DNA of 64,000 nt from the NCBI RefSeq assembly GCF_003704095.1, contig NW_020845543.1, positions 124,001-188,000 of the forward strand. Reading direction: 5' to 3'. The notes below the pieces were generated by a model, which had not been told where the DNA came from, made no database searches, and was given only the letters and a program-made list of their open reading frames with translations. A program made the position numbers and the translations under genes. Positions 12,830-25,300 of the stretch are shown piece after piece. The DNA comes from Pocillopora damicornis. Taxonomy: Eukaryota. Position 1 is the first letter of the stretch. The number at the start of each line of letters is the position of its first letter.

Positions 12830-14125
12830 CGAATGAGATGGAATTCTAAAACCGCACGAGATACCAATACCGATAACAATCAAATGAGAGAAACTCTTAG
12901 AAGTCCCCAAGGTCCTAACGAAAAAGAAAGAGAATCTTAAACGCGCACGAGATATACACAAACCAATAACAATCAAATGCAGGAGAATCCTAAAAAGGCG
13001 TAAGGTATTGACACAACTATTCATTGAAGGAGAGTCCTAAAAAGTGCACGAGATACTAGCGTAACGATCCAATGAAAGAGAATCCTAAAAGTGCGCGAAA
13101 TACTAACATAACAGTCCAATCTATGGGGATCCTAAAAGTGCACGAGCTACTAACGTAACAATCTAAAGAAAAAAAAACATAAAAGTGGACGAGATACAAA
13201 ACTAACAATCTACTGAAAGAGAATACTAAATGTGTGCGAGATACAAACGTAACTATCCAATGAAAGAGAATCCTAAAAGTGCGCGAGATACAAACGTAAC
13301 AATCCAATGAGAGTGAATCCTAAAAGTGCGCGAGATAGAAACGTAACAATCCAATGAAAGAAAATCCTAAAAGTGCGCGAGATACAAACGCAACAATCTG
13401 ATGAAAGAAAATCCTTAAAGTGCGCGAGATTCTAACGTAACAAACAAATCCTAAGTACACGAGATACTAACGTAACAAACAAATGAAAGGAAATCCTAAG
13501 TACACGAGATTCTAACTTAACAATCGAATGAAAGAGAACCGCAAGTGCGCGAGGTAGAAACGTAATCGAACGAAAGAGAATTCTCAGAGTGGACGACATG
13601 CTAATGTAACAGTCCAATGAAAGAGAATCCTAAAAGTGTGTGAGGTACTAAATAATGTAACAGTCGAATGACAGAGAATCCTGAAAGTGCGCGAGATACT
13701 TACGTAACAATCGAATGAAAGAGGACCCCAAGTACACGAGATAGAAACATAACAATCGAATGAAAGAGAATCCTAAATGCACGAAATAGAAACGTAACAA
13801 TCGAATGAAAGAGAATTCTCAGAATAGACGACACACTAATGTAACAATCGAACAAGAAAATCCTAAAAGTGCGCGATATACTAACATAACAATCCAATTA
13901 ATGAGGATCCTAAAAGTGCACGAGCTACTAAAGTATAAATCTAAAGAAAAAGAATCCTAAAGGTGCAAGAGATGCTAACGTAACAATCCAATGACAGAGA
14001 ATCTTACATTTTCGCGAGATCAAACGTAACAATCCATTGAAAGAAAATCTTAAACGTGAGCAAGGTACTAACGTAACAATCGAAAGAAAGGGAATCTTAA
14101 ACGTACGTAAGATACAAACGTAACA
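12830..14125. repeat. 47-bp tandem minisatellite, ~27-28 degenerate copies
   Basis: Consensus AATCCAATGAAAGAGAATCCTAAAAGTGCGCGAGATACAAACGTAAC; TCCTAAAAGT recurs at 13271 and 13318 (period 47). Confidence 0.93.
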
Positions 14126-14169
14126 TTCTTTTGAGTTTTTGAGAGTTTGTAGAGAGGCAACTGTCTGCG

Positions 14170-14440
14170 GCAGTCTTACTTCAAGAGCACCCTGAGAAAA
14201 GAAATCAGGTCACATGGCAAGATCTCCGAAAATACATAATTAAAGCCACCGCTTTCTCCAAATACTGCAAAGATGAACGAGAGTTCCCTCGTGAAAGGTC
14301 CTAGAGTTGGATACAACAAGCGCGGGTGAATTTCTGTTTATACCAAAGGAAGGAGAAGCTGACAACATTGTTAGCAGAGAGTCATCTGACAAAAAGATCC
14401 TCCATGTGTGCATCACGAAGTCTCGCAACAAGGGCTTCAT
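14170..14440 (+). mobile_element. Possible degenerate transposon coding fragment (Gypsy/Ginger-like pre-integrase region)
   Basis: Broken frames VTWQDLRKYIIK...GEFLFIPKEG...DKKILHVC resemble the segment preceding the HHCC zinc motif of Gypsy-type integrases; stop and frameshift present. Resemblance is weak. Confidence 0.25.
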
Positions 14441-15868
14441 GGGAGGTACGGACCACACCTGGTTCTACTTGACGGTAGACACCTGGTTCTCTTTATGTTT
14501 CCTAAGCATCCATACCAATATCAGTTATGAAGTCGTGTCGGAAATGATATGTGAGAGTGAAGTTTTTAGTTTACAGCTGAGCTGAAGCTTTGAGTTTTAT
14601 TAGGGTGATTACTCAGAAAAAAAAAAAAAAAAGTTATCGAACAATTTTTTTAAAATTTCCTTAAAGGTTCCCTACCAAAGTCTATGGCGAAAAAATACAA
14701 TTAAGAAGATAGGTCACCGTGCTTGTTTAAAAGATGTGGTGGGCCAAACTTACCCTATTTATGCCTGTACTGGCGCTAATCATGCGCGTGCTTTCATCAG
14801 TTCAACGGTACATTTTTAGGTAGGTGGAAATGGATTTTTTAAATTTCTTCCGTTTAAAGGGGATTACTGGTACACAAGAAATATGCATAAAAATATATAT
14901 GTCATTGTGCTCCTTCAAGAGCATCGTACCTCTTTGCCTGGTCCATTTATTGAAAAACAATACCGAACAAGGTATTGTGCTCGGCATGTGCGCGCTTATT
15001 CAGCCGATTATCTGATTTTATACGCAATACAGGATGTGCAGTGCAATACTGAGGAATCACCTCAAGGATTAGAACGATTGGTGGAATTCGTCATTCTTTA
15101 TAGTGGATTATTCAACGACAGATACGCTATTGAGAAATAATTTATACCTTTATATACATTTAAGATTTCCACAGAAGTCAGGCTTGGAAAAGACGGATCC
15201 GTACCGATAAAACTGAACTTGATTCCAAACAACAAGGAGTCATAGTTGCCGTTATACAACGCAAGGCTTACGTGCACGAAGCAAATGGTCATAAAACTTT
15301 GATGGTGGTGGTGCTTTTCGAAACGCGTCCCCTTTCAAGAACCACAAACGCGTGCCAAAGTATATATAAATGTTTGGATATCCTGTGTAGAACATTGGGC
15401 TGAAGTATTTCGTGACGCGTGAATTTTTCTCAAATTCGTGCGTGAAATAGGATCAGGATCCCTCCCTCCCTTGGTACCCTCGTACCAGTATAACCTGGAC
15501 ACCAACTTCAAGCTAAGCAGTCGAAACTGGAAATTTAACGACAACGGACCATCGTAGTTTCGAAACCGCTCACCCTATTTTATCAAAAAAAATACATGAG
15601 CAGCAAGTTCCATACTGGTGAGTTTCTCAAAAGTGGTATTGATTGTGTGGACATAGCGAAGGAAGGATGTGGGGTCAGAAGCGAGGGTGATGTGAAGATT
15701 GAGTACAAGTCCATCAATCTCTAATGCGCAGTACTCTCACAGAAAGAGGTATTCCAATATGCAGAAGTCCAGCAAAGAAGCGCTTGAAAGTATAAATCAT
15801 GAATTACTACAAAGTATTCTATACGAAAATAATCTTCCGTCGAAAAAGAAAAAAAAAACCAAAGAGGG

Positions 15869-16086
15869 TAGCCTGTTGCAGGCGTTCAGTTCGTAAAACG
15901 GAACGAAATTGTAGACGGTGAGAAAGCAGCGGAGAAGTGAAAAAGTGAGGAAGGTTGGGTTGAGTCGGCTCGGGTGAAGAACATTACGCGACTCGACCCA
16001 AACTTCCCTCGTTTTTTCACTCCTTCGCTACTATCACGCCGTTTACTATCGCGCTTCGTTTTAATAAATAAACGCCTGGAACAGGC
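15869..16086. mobile_element. Short inverted-repeat element (TAGCCTG...CAGGC type)
   Basis: Termini GCCTGTTGCAGGCGTT (15871) and AACGCCTGGAACAGGC (16071-16086) are near-perfect reverse complements. Confidence 0.65.
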
Positions 16087-16230
16087 CGCAATCAAGGCTG
16101 ATAAAAAACATATGATAGACGTTATCTGTAGCTCCTTTGCCATCAGCGGGTCAGTTAGGAATCTAAGTTGACACTGATTCACGATTATTCTGTACTCACT
16201 GCAGCTTACTCAATTCCCACTTAACTTTTA

Positions 16231-16320
16231 CCTCTCTCTCTCCCCTCTCTCTCTCTCTCTCCCCCTCTTTCCCCCCTCCCCCCGCCCCCCCTCTTTCCCC
16301 CCTCCCCCCGCCCCTCTCTC
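16231..16320. repeat. Polypyrimidine/C-rich low-complexity tract
   Basis: (CT)n followed by two copies of CCCCCTCTTTCCCCCCTCCCCCCGCCC. Confidence 0.9.
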
Positions 16321-18283
16321 TTTGGATATTACTTTCTTTATTGAAGAGTGTATTTTATCTTACGGTTTTATAGCTTAGTGACAAAGAAAAAGGACCCAGC
16401 GAAATGATTTCACAGGCCAGTTTAGCTCAGAGCTTTAAGACCAAAAACAGGACCACAACTACTGTAGACAGGCGCATTATCCATCCGTACAGGTAGAAAT
16501 GTAATGAAAACCTAAAACGTTTAATTTCGCGGGTCTAATTTGTAAAAAAATCGAAAATTTGAGATTCCTGGCGAATTTAAATCCATATATCAAATTCAAA
16601 TCACAGCAAAAAATGATCAACATGTAATAAAAACATCACATACAGGATATGATTGACAAACACACAAATTATTAACTGGTCTCACTGGTAAGTTCTATTT
16701 TGAATCTTTTGTTGTCAAATGACGTAAATTTTTGAAGATTTCGCACATGGAGACGTGAATCTAGCTATCACCTTCATCTGATGCACACCAATTCTTTAGG
16801 ATAACTTTCGTACACTCGTCAAAAGTTGTCACTTTGAAAACTAAAATGAAATTGAGAACGCTCCAGTCGCGAAATTTTATGTTTTTTGTTTTTGTTTTTG
16901 TTTTTTTCATATTTGCCTATTGCGATCGCGAAAATAAAACCCTCGGGATATACCGTCTCGCCATTTTCCCGAAAGTGGGTATCAATAAGGTACGCACATT
17001 GCTTGTGTGGTGGACATGCGTCTGGTTAGTTGAGAGAGTGGCGGGAATTTCTAGACCAATAGCAGACTGATGTAATCACAAAACTATAGTGGTACAATGT
17101 TGTATTACTTTCAACACTCAGTTGATCTAAAATGTCGGCATTGATTATAAAGCTACGTTCTGAATTCTCGGTATGTGACATCATCTTGACCTATCTTGTT
17201 CCCATTTGTCATAGACTTTGCTTAATTGACCTCGAACAAGTGCCAATAACCTTGTTACTCACCTGAAAGAATCCAACCAAAGGCCAAGACCTTAACCCTT
17301 AAATTAATTTTACTCTCTACATAATACGTAGTTTCCTTTTTAGCAGTAATTTTAGGATGTCTCCAACGCTCCGTGACATCCTAAGAATGGATGTGAAGCA
17401 TACTGCATCAAACGGAATTCCTCAATTCGCGTGCTTTGCTATAGCGGTCAAAAGATAACTGTAGAAAAGCTGCATACCAACTTCAGGTGTATTCCTCTCC
17501 CCAAGTCATCGTTAAGAATGTCCCTTGTTAAAATTGTCAAACTGTGTGATCTTGGTTTGAACATCCTACCCAGACTAGAACAGAAAACGCCGCCATGGGT
17601 CCGTCTGGGGCCGGTAGATTACGTCGGCGACCCACTCAGCCAAAGTAAATCGGCTTGATTTAATGTGTTTTTCTTTTTGTTTATTTTCTGTTCGCGTTGG
17701 CAATTTTTGTATTGTACGTACAACCGAATAAGTTCATTTTCTACAAATGTGCAAATGTCATGAACTGCAGGGTTTGCGTGGTGGTGGAGGGTCACCTGTT
17801 ACGATCGCGAAATGACTCATAATGGTGCGCGTGGGTACAGAATGAGTCACGAACATTAAACACGACAGTCATTTCCCTAATCGCCTTGAGAGACTTTTGT
17901 TTTGGTTGAAAATCGATATGACTTGTACTAGGGCCATAAAAATCCCAGGTCATTGGGTCAAGCGTCATTTGGGTGTCAATTACGTAATATATTTCCTCTG
18001 AGAGCCCACGATGATCTTTAAATAGCAAGCTTATAGCTAGCGCCACACATCTTTGTTGTTTATTAAAACCAATTGCACTGAGCGAGATGAAAACTGAAAT
18101 TGAACCTTGGAAATGTCTTTCATCTTGAACTTGCATGAGTTTAAAGGTTTATTGCTTCGGAAATGGCTTGGAGCTGTTTAAGAATGCAGCCCGCCGTACG
18201 AGAGCGATAAATACACTCGTGGTCAGATAAGCGGATCCAAGCGCGCCTGTGATAACATATTCAGAAACGACGAAATCCAAGAC

Positions 18284-19678
18284 ATGAGTCGCGTATTCTT
18301 ACTAACCCAATACACGCCCCACGCAACAGAAATGTCATCCGCTTGCAACGAAGAAGATTCCTCATCCACGCTGGCCGAGAACAACGACAGTGAATACTAT
18401 GAAGTAGAAGTATTTAAATCGCAGGTTGTAACCGTGGCCTCGTGTGGTTTAAAAGAAGACTTGGGAACTGTAGAGAATATACGATATAAAAGCTGTGGTG
18501 ATCCGACTGTTGTTGTGGAAGCTAACAATGGCGCGACAAGTTCACCCTTACCTGAGGAAACTAATGGCAAAAAACCTGTTGCTATTACCAGCAGTACAGA
18601 ACATAAAACAAGGCGATTTAAACGGATTTCTCTTCCTCAGTGGCTTCTCAAGCCCAGCAGAAAATCTTCGCATAACTCATCTCGAATACGAAGAATAACA
18701 GGCACGAGTGGAAAACACAGAATTTTACGGATTAACTCGGCACCCAAAACTCTCGGTCCAAGCGGAAACGGTTTTGCCCATTATGGCGACGATGATAAAT
18801 TCCACATTTTTCACAAGGGCTCATCGAAAGACAGAGGACATCAACACAGCTTATCGGAATTAAAACCCGTCAAAGAAACGCGAAAAATTAGAAGGATTTC
18901 ACTGCCTGCTCATGTGTTGGAAGTGGGATCACCAGCTGTAGAAACTTCCACGCCTCGCACCCCAGAGCCAACTAGACGGAATATATTCGATGAATTAGAC
19001 GAAAAATTTATTCATTCTTTGCGAATGGACGATCCACGAGTCGCAATTAAAACAAGTTCAAAACCAGGGGCCGCTGGCGAGGAAAAGGTTGAAAGTCCAT
19101 CCCATGAAAACAACAAAGTGGCCTCCGTAGATCACGAAGGGAAATTGCCATCGCCTCGTGGAACGCGCGAGGGCTCCGCTCAATTTAAAAATGTGCGGAA
19201 AGAGAGTTCCGGATCAGTAATTTTTAAACCATCGCGCCCGGTACTTAAATTGCACAAGTTTCACAACCCGGACATATTTTACGTTCCTTTGCCAGAGGAT
19301 GATTCGCAGAACTTGGACGCTTTGTCACAAAAATTGTGCCGCGCGCGGCTGATCAAGCCGAAGAACGAAAACTACATGATACAAGAATGCGTTCGGGAGG
19401 AATTACAAGCGTTTCTACACGACAAGCAGTTCTGTAGTCGATCTTGCCAACAATGGTGTCTGGAACTGAGCCAAAACATTAAAACCTGCGTTCACAAAAT
19501 GAAGGATTGCGAAAGTAAGATCGCTTGTGTGGTTTACATTGGCGCGCTTCGTGAACACGGTATCCACGCGGCCACTCAGTGTATATGGGTACCAAATGAA
19601 GACAATTTTATAACAGTGAAATTCAAAAATAGTTCAATGATGGCTATAGCATCGGTTCTAGTGATCAAATATGAATAA
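18284..19678 (+). CDS. Tctex-1 domain-containing protein (dynein light chain Tctex-type family) with long disordered N-terminus, 464 aa, intronless
   Basis: 1395-nt open frame. The C-terminal ~100 aa (IQECVREELQAFLHDKQFCSRSCQQWCLELSQNIKTCV..KIACVVYIG...GIHAATQCIWVPNEDNFITVKFKNSSMMAIASVLVIKYE*) follows the Tctex-1 pattern (K.vv.v.ig..g.....s.clWd...D.......kN......a.v....ye). Alternative start at ATG 18332. Confidence 0.85.
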   Translation: MSRVFLLTQYTPHATEMSSACNEEDSSSTLAENNDSEYYEVEVFKSQVVTVASCGLKEDLGTVENIRYKSCGDPTVVVEANNGATSSPLPEETNGKKPVAITSSTEHKTRRFKRISLPQWLLKPSRKSSHNSSRIRRITGTSGKHRILRINSAPKTLGPSGNGFAHYGDDDKFHIFHKGSSKDRGHQHSLSELKPVKETRKIRRISLPAHVLEVGSPAVETSTPRTPEPTRRNIFDELDEKFIHSLRMDDPRVAIKTSSKPGAAGEEKVESPSHENNKVASVDHEGKLPSPRGTREGSAQFKNVRKESSGSVIFKPSRPVLKLHKFHNPDIFYVPLPEDDSQNLDALSQKLCRARLIKPKNENYMIQECVREELQAFLHDKQFCSRSCQQWCLELSQNIKTCVHKMKDCESKIACVVYIGALREHGIHAATQCIWVPNEDNFITVKFKNSSMMAIASVLVIKYE

Positions 19679-20463
19679 ATTCCTCTTTCAGCGATACCCA
19701 GTCGTTGACAAGACTGTCCGGCGCTTATTACTTAGCGTTAAGCTTCAAACAAGCGAAGTTCTAAATAAAGAAACCTGTTATTCCTATCATATGGTATTCG
19801 TGGGGTCCATTCAAATCAAATGATCGTTACCACAAACTCAAAAAGCCTTAATTAGAGTGCTAACGAGCTATTTAGAGTACAGTTAAGTTGAAATGTTGCA
19901 ACATTTACAGATCACAAGATGTTAACCTAACACGGGTTTCTTTTTCAAATGTTTCAAGTGGTATTAGTTACCATAATTGTTTGACACGGATCGATTTCAA
20001 GACCTTTAACATTTCAGCAGACGACATTCTCAAATACTTTCTAACCTGTGTCGAGATAAAATCAGTTTTCCGGAGCTGAAAAAGGTATGTTTCTCAGGCG
20101 TGATTAGAGAAGTATTTTCCACTGATAAGAGACCAATGACCTTAACATTTTTTAGCATATCATATAAACTTTTGTTCCAAGGCCCTTGCAAATTGAAAAT
20201 ACGCAACCAGATTCGTTAACGCTGAATAATCCCACTCCGTGTTCCCCCTATCGCTTAACTGACTGGGCTGGCTATGAGTATGTAATCGTCCGATAAAATT
20301 ACGAGAAACTGAATTTCGGCTTGGTTAAATGCTTCAGAAAAAATGAATACATCAATAAATAAACGAATGAATAAACAAAACATGGATAATCACCGCCTCT
20401 GTTTTTGTTATCTTTCAAATGAGGTATAACCCTTGTGCATCTCAATTACTCTTCCAATAATTT

Positions 20464-20703
20464 GGGCCGGTTATTTAAACAAAGTTTAGTCGTCGTGTAA
20501 CAAAACCGCGTTCTAAGCCATCTTCAATTTAGCCGAACCTTTTATCTAAGAATCAATTTTTTGTGAACAGTGTCAACAGGCCGAAACCTTAAAGTAGACG
20601 GACATCTGTTTAAATGAAATCAACCCTCTTATGGAGAATCACCGAGGCCCACTTCTTGCGTATAACCGCGGTTTGGGTTCGATCTCGTTTAAATAAGCGG
20701 CCC
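20464..20703. mobile_element. MITE with GGGCC termini (PIF/Harbinger-like)
   Basis: GGGCCGGTTATTTAAAC ... GTTTAAATAAGCGGCCC, 17-bp inverted termini with one mismatch. Confidence 0.7.
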
Positions 20704-21706
20704 TTTAAGTTTCGGAACGTTATCATTTTCTGATAAGGTTACTCTACAGCGCGTGGGAAGCTGGGTTGAAGAGAACTTCCCTGTGGCTGATGTTAAGGAG
20801 TGGGGCTGAACAGGAGTAGTTTTCCACTATGGTATGTTTTCTTCGACACGACTCAATTAGAGCAGTTAGCGAAATAAAGGCAAATGGTAACTACTTAGAG
20901 AGAATAATTTTAGGGACGTTAGGCAGTCAGGAAGGCAACACTAGGGAAGAGGTGGAAAAATTGAATGTTCATTTTAGGGAGAATTTTACGCATGGCTAGA
21001 TGTGTTCACGGTCTCTTAAGGCTCCTCTCCTAGACTTCGGCATGCGCATAACGTGTGGGAGCAGGTATGAGTTCTTAGTGGGAATTTAACATCATTTTTT
21101 GGCTATTGTTCTGCCTATTAGATCTTAAGGCAAAGAAAGATATTAAGAATAAAAACCCTCACTCGAATTCCAAAGCACCTCCATATTGTTGGGTTATGCC
21201 CTATACAACTATGTTAAAGAATCTCCTAAATTAATTATTCACAATAAAGATGAATAAACATCAGAATCATTCTAGATCGCTTATCATAACGAAAGATATG
21301 AACAAAACCGTACAGTACCATTCTGAATTTGCTCGGTGTCCCTGCGGTAATTATAAGACCTGATATCAAACAATTATAGTCATATCACGATTTGTGATTT
21401 TCTCAATGATATCTTTCGGCGGTATCAAAATGGCAGGCTTTTTGCATATTTTCAAACTTCGATTAAACATATTGCAAAAATTATGAATCGCTATCTACGC
21501 GTTTTCAAGAGGCTTTGATTTCACGTTTTTGCACTAGAGTTGCTTTTTGTCTATAAAATACATGTCTATATAGCTCAATATATAAAACAAATTCTACTTT
21601 GAATCCCCTTTAATAAGAAAATATTAAACACTTGGAAAAATTTGCGTTTCCCCAGTGTACAACTAATGACCCGACTCGTGCACTCGGTGTATGATTTGTA
21701 TCATGA

Positions 21707-21968
21707 AGCGCTTTTCGATTGAGAGTCGTAAAAACAAAACCAACGTAGTCACAACAGCTAATCAGAATTAAAGAAATGAACCAAAGAGGATCATGACTGC
21801 CAAACTGCCTAAAGCGCAGGAAAACGTGAGCGACCGAGTCGTGACTTGTCTTAGGGTTGCATTTGATTGGTCGAGAGGGTGATGCGAGGTTTTTTTGACA
21901 AATCACAGGGCGAAATAAGGCAAACAAAAACAATCCGAGATTACTTTCTACACTCAATTGAAAATTTG
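21707..21968. mobile_element. Dispersed inverted-repeat element (MITE-like)
   Basis: Starts AGCGCTTTTCGATTGAGAGTCGTAAA, ends TTTCTACACTCAATTGAAAA; related fragments at ~17030-17130, ~21985-22200 and ~27420-27550. Confidence 0.55.
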
Positions 21969-22321
21969 TTCTATCATAAATTAATTTTCAATTGAGTGTT
22001 CATGGTAATCCGGGATTGCATTGGCATAAATTCACTTCACTCTGTGATTGGTCAATAAAACTCCTTCAAACCAAACCGTCCTTCAAACAAATTAATGCAA
22101 CCAGACTTTCCCCCTCTTTCCACGGTTTTAATTTTAGTTCTTAGTGGCCACTCGGAATATTTTTCATTGTAAAAATTGACAACAAATTTTACAACTCTCA
22201 ATCAAACTATGCTCTTTTTATTTGTCTCAAACTTAAGTTCCTTTGACCACTGCTTTCATTCCACGTGCACAACGCATAATATTATAACAGTCTTTACCCC
22301 ACATATATTTTGCAGACGGAG

Positions 22322-25300
22322 CTAAAGATTTGAATTTGAAGAAAATCTTTTCAATATGGAGCGTTTCTTGAGCGTAGTCGGGGCTACAGGTGCATCAGGA
22401 GTGTCTGAGTATGACATCATTACTTGAAGACGACCAACGGGCACTCCGTCTATGAGAAATAGAACTTCGAGTTAACAACACTTTCAGCGTACAGTGAGAT
22501 GTCTGCACAATACATAACAAGAAACATCTGTTTGTGGTCATTTCCGTAGTGAAGGGTTCTCAGTTTGAGTTTTTCGGAAATTGCTGATTTTTAAGGAAGA
22601 ATTTCTAAACACCGTTCCCAAGCTAAAAAGAACCTAACATGTTATTGGGTTATTCGTAATTTAGTTTTTTTTGAAATCCTACACAGGACGAAAGGTTGTT
22701 AAACTGAGAAATGTCCGTCCATCAACATGGTGGTTAAATAACGATTCTCAGCATGCTACGGCGATTGACAATAATCTTTCTCCACTTCTTGTGACAATAA
22801 AGCATCCGTCGATAATGGCATTCAGAATCACTCTTCACATTCTTTCCTTTACTTTCCGAGGAAAAGAGAGAACAAGAATGAAAAAGAGATCGAATTCAAC
22901 TGATATTTGAGCCGCTACGAGATACCATGTCTGCAAATTTATCATTTTCGAGACAGCTTAACTCTAATAAATCCCTTAGTATTGAAGTGAGAACTTAGAT
23001 ATAGAATTACTGAAAGCTGCACGGAAACTTTAGACCAGTATTTAGACACATAAAGCTTATCAGTGTTATTTGTGTATCATTAAAAAAAAAACTGCTATGA
23101 CTATCTGTACATCATAAATCCTAAAAGTCTTGTAGAGGGTCAAAACAGATGACTATCTTTACTCTTGTAATAATTATGATCGAAATTTTTCACAACAGGT
23201 TGGAGACTGAAGGTTCTCGGTTCCCTTTGGTATGCCATCGATGCCCCACACAAAGTTGAATCACATCCGCTCAAGCGCTTAAAAAACAACCAGGCCAAAA
23301 AAGTTAAGCCAATTACTCCAGTTATCTGCTTATTAGTAATACGCTTATCTTAATTTCCTTTTATTTCAATGATGACTTTATCCGGCGTGTGCCCCACGCG
23401 ACGCGCGTGGCAATAACATACACACGCGCGAACATCCAGGCCAGTAATTCCAAACAGGCATTTGAGGTGAAGACATGTCGCCGGGTATTTATGGACAATA
23501 TTGTATTTAACGAAAAGAACGCAATAACCATGGAGCTCGAGAGACGAGAGGGGGTGGGGAAGCGGGGNNNNNNNNNNNNNNNNNNNNNNNNNNNNNNNNN
23601 NNNNNNNNNNNNNNNNNATTACTTCGGAGCATCTGCGGGAAATTTTCAAACAGCGGAAAGCCTTTCATACAGGTTGTATGCAGTTTCGCCTTCCCTCCCC
23701 CCCTCCTTTCTTTGGTTAATGCATGTTTGCAGTTTCGCTTGATTAACTTTGCATTTTTAGTGGTGACCCACAAGAAATTACATATTTAAGTAGGTAATGA
23801 AAACATGGTTCTGTTTTATCGACGACCGGTTAATTAGGGTCCCGAACTACAAAAATTCAACGTACCGTTTTCAAGATTGAGCCATTTGGTTTCTGAATAT
23901 TTTCCTGGAAAGTAATTAGAAGCTATAAGTCAGGACTCTGCACAGTTATATGACAAATCATTATAATTATTAAAATAAAATTTCATGATTGCGTTTTCCA
24001 AGGTCCGACCACTATAGAATTAATCGTCGCATTCTCAGCATGAGCCAAAACGATAACAAATTACAAATGGCGTTAAAAGACGAGTCAGTCTTGAGTTTTC
24101 AACGGTCATTTTGAAGGAATGATAAGGTTGCTGGAGATCTTACAGAGAGGAATGAGTCACGGTATTAGACTTGCGGCCTACATCGAGACACCAGTTTTTA
24201 TTGAAAATCTTTTTAAAGTATTTTTTTCTTTTTGAGGTCAAGCATGCGAAGACAGAACTCAAGCCGGAGGTAACATTTTATGAGTTTGTCTGTTCCGGGT
24301 TCTCGATTGTCTGAGACGAATAAACACCCCGGGGAGCAAGAGATGAAAATGACGGCCTCCAGCTTTTTTTTTCGCTTAAGCCAGTGAAGCGGTAGACAGC
24401 CTCTTGGAAAACGCAGATTTTATAAATTCTTTCATTTCATTTGTGGTCGCTGAAACGCCTGTTCGTAATTGAGTTTTTGGAATGTGCACTGATCAATCAC
24501 CTTCCTCTAAATTAAAAGAAATTAGTTTGAAATGTTGTTTAGAAACGATAGTCTTTCCGATAATTGCGGGCTACTCCATCAATTGATAACAATTGCCAAT
24601 TGTGACTAAAAATACAAATGTACTATCTAACCCATCTCATAAATGGACCTGAAACGGGCATGGAAAGAAGGTGCTGAGGCGTCGATGAGTGGAAGAAGAA
24701 AAATACTGGCGGTGGTACCGCACTTTATTAGAGTGGCGTATATATCATCACCTTCAGATCCGCTGCCAGTGTTTGATCTTTCCCTCTTGACAAATAAATC
24801 TGGTGAAAGAGAACAATCATAAATGCAGCCGCACTTAATTAAAGCTTATTTCCTTCTAGTGAGGAGAAAATTATAGATAAGTTTCTTCTGGTTAGGTGTC
24901 TGAAACATTGCCATATTGTTCTTGATTTTTTGAAAGTCTTCCGGCCACCAGAAGAAGCTAACATACTCCACAGCGAGAGAAGATAATGGTCCCATTACTT
25001 TTCTCTTGTCTATACACAGGCAGACCACATATGTGTCTGTGGTTGATAATTGCTGACATGATACAAACAGAATCTCTGAGGGATATGAATAAAGCTCAGG
25101 GCCCAGTTGTTCAAAGGCCGATTAGCACTAACCCGGGGTTAAATTTTTAATTCATGTTTTTTTATTTCTTTACTCAAGAGCCTTTTATGCGATCATTTTC
25201 CTTGTTCTTTTTAGACCATCTAATCATCAAATTGTGGACAAAAAGAAAGAAAATGAATCAAATTTCACACTAACCCTGGGTTAACTTAACCCAGCTTTGA

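Noticed and set aside
12737-13897. Several hydrophobic minus-strand ORFs (MDCYV... repeats)
   Set aside because: They are translations of the 47-bp minisatellite; the period is not a multiple of 3.
12830-14125. Possible CRISPR-like array
   Set aside because: Units are contiguous degenerate repeats without unique spacers, there are no cas genes, and the context is eukaryotic.
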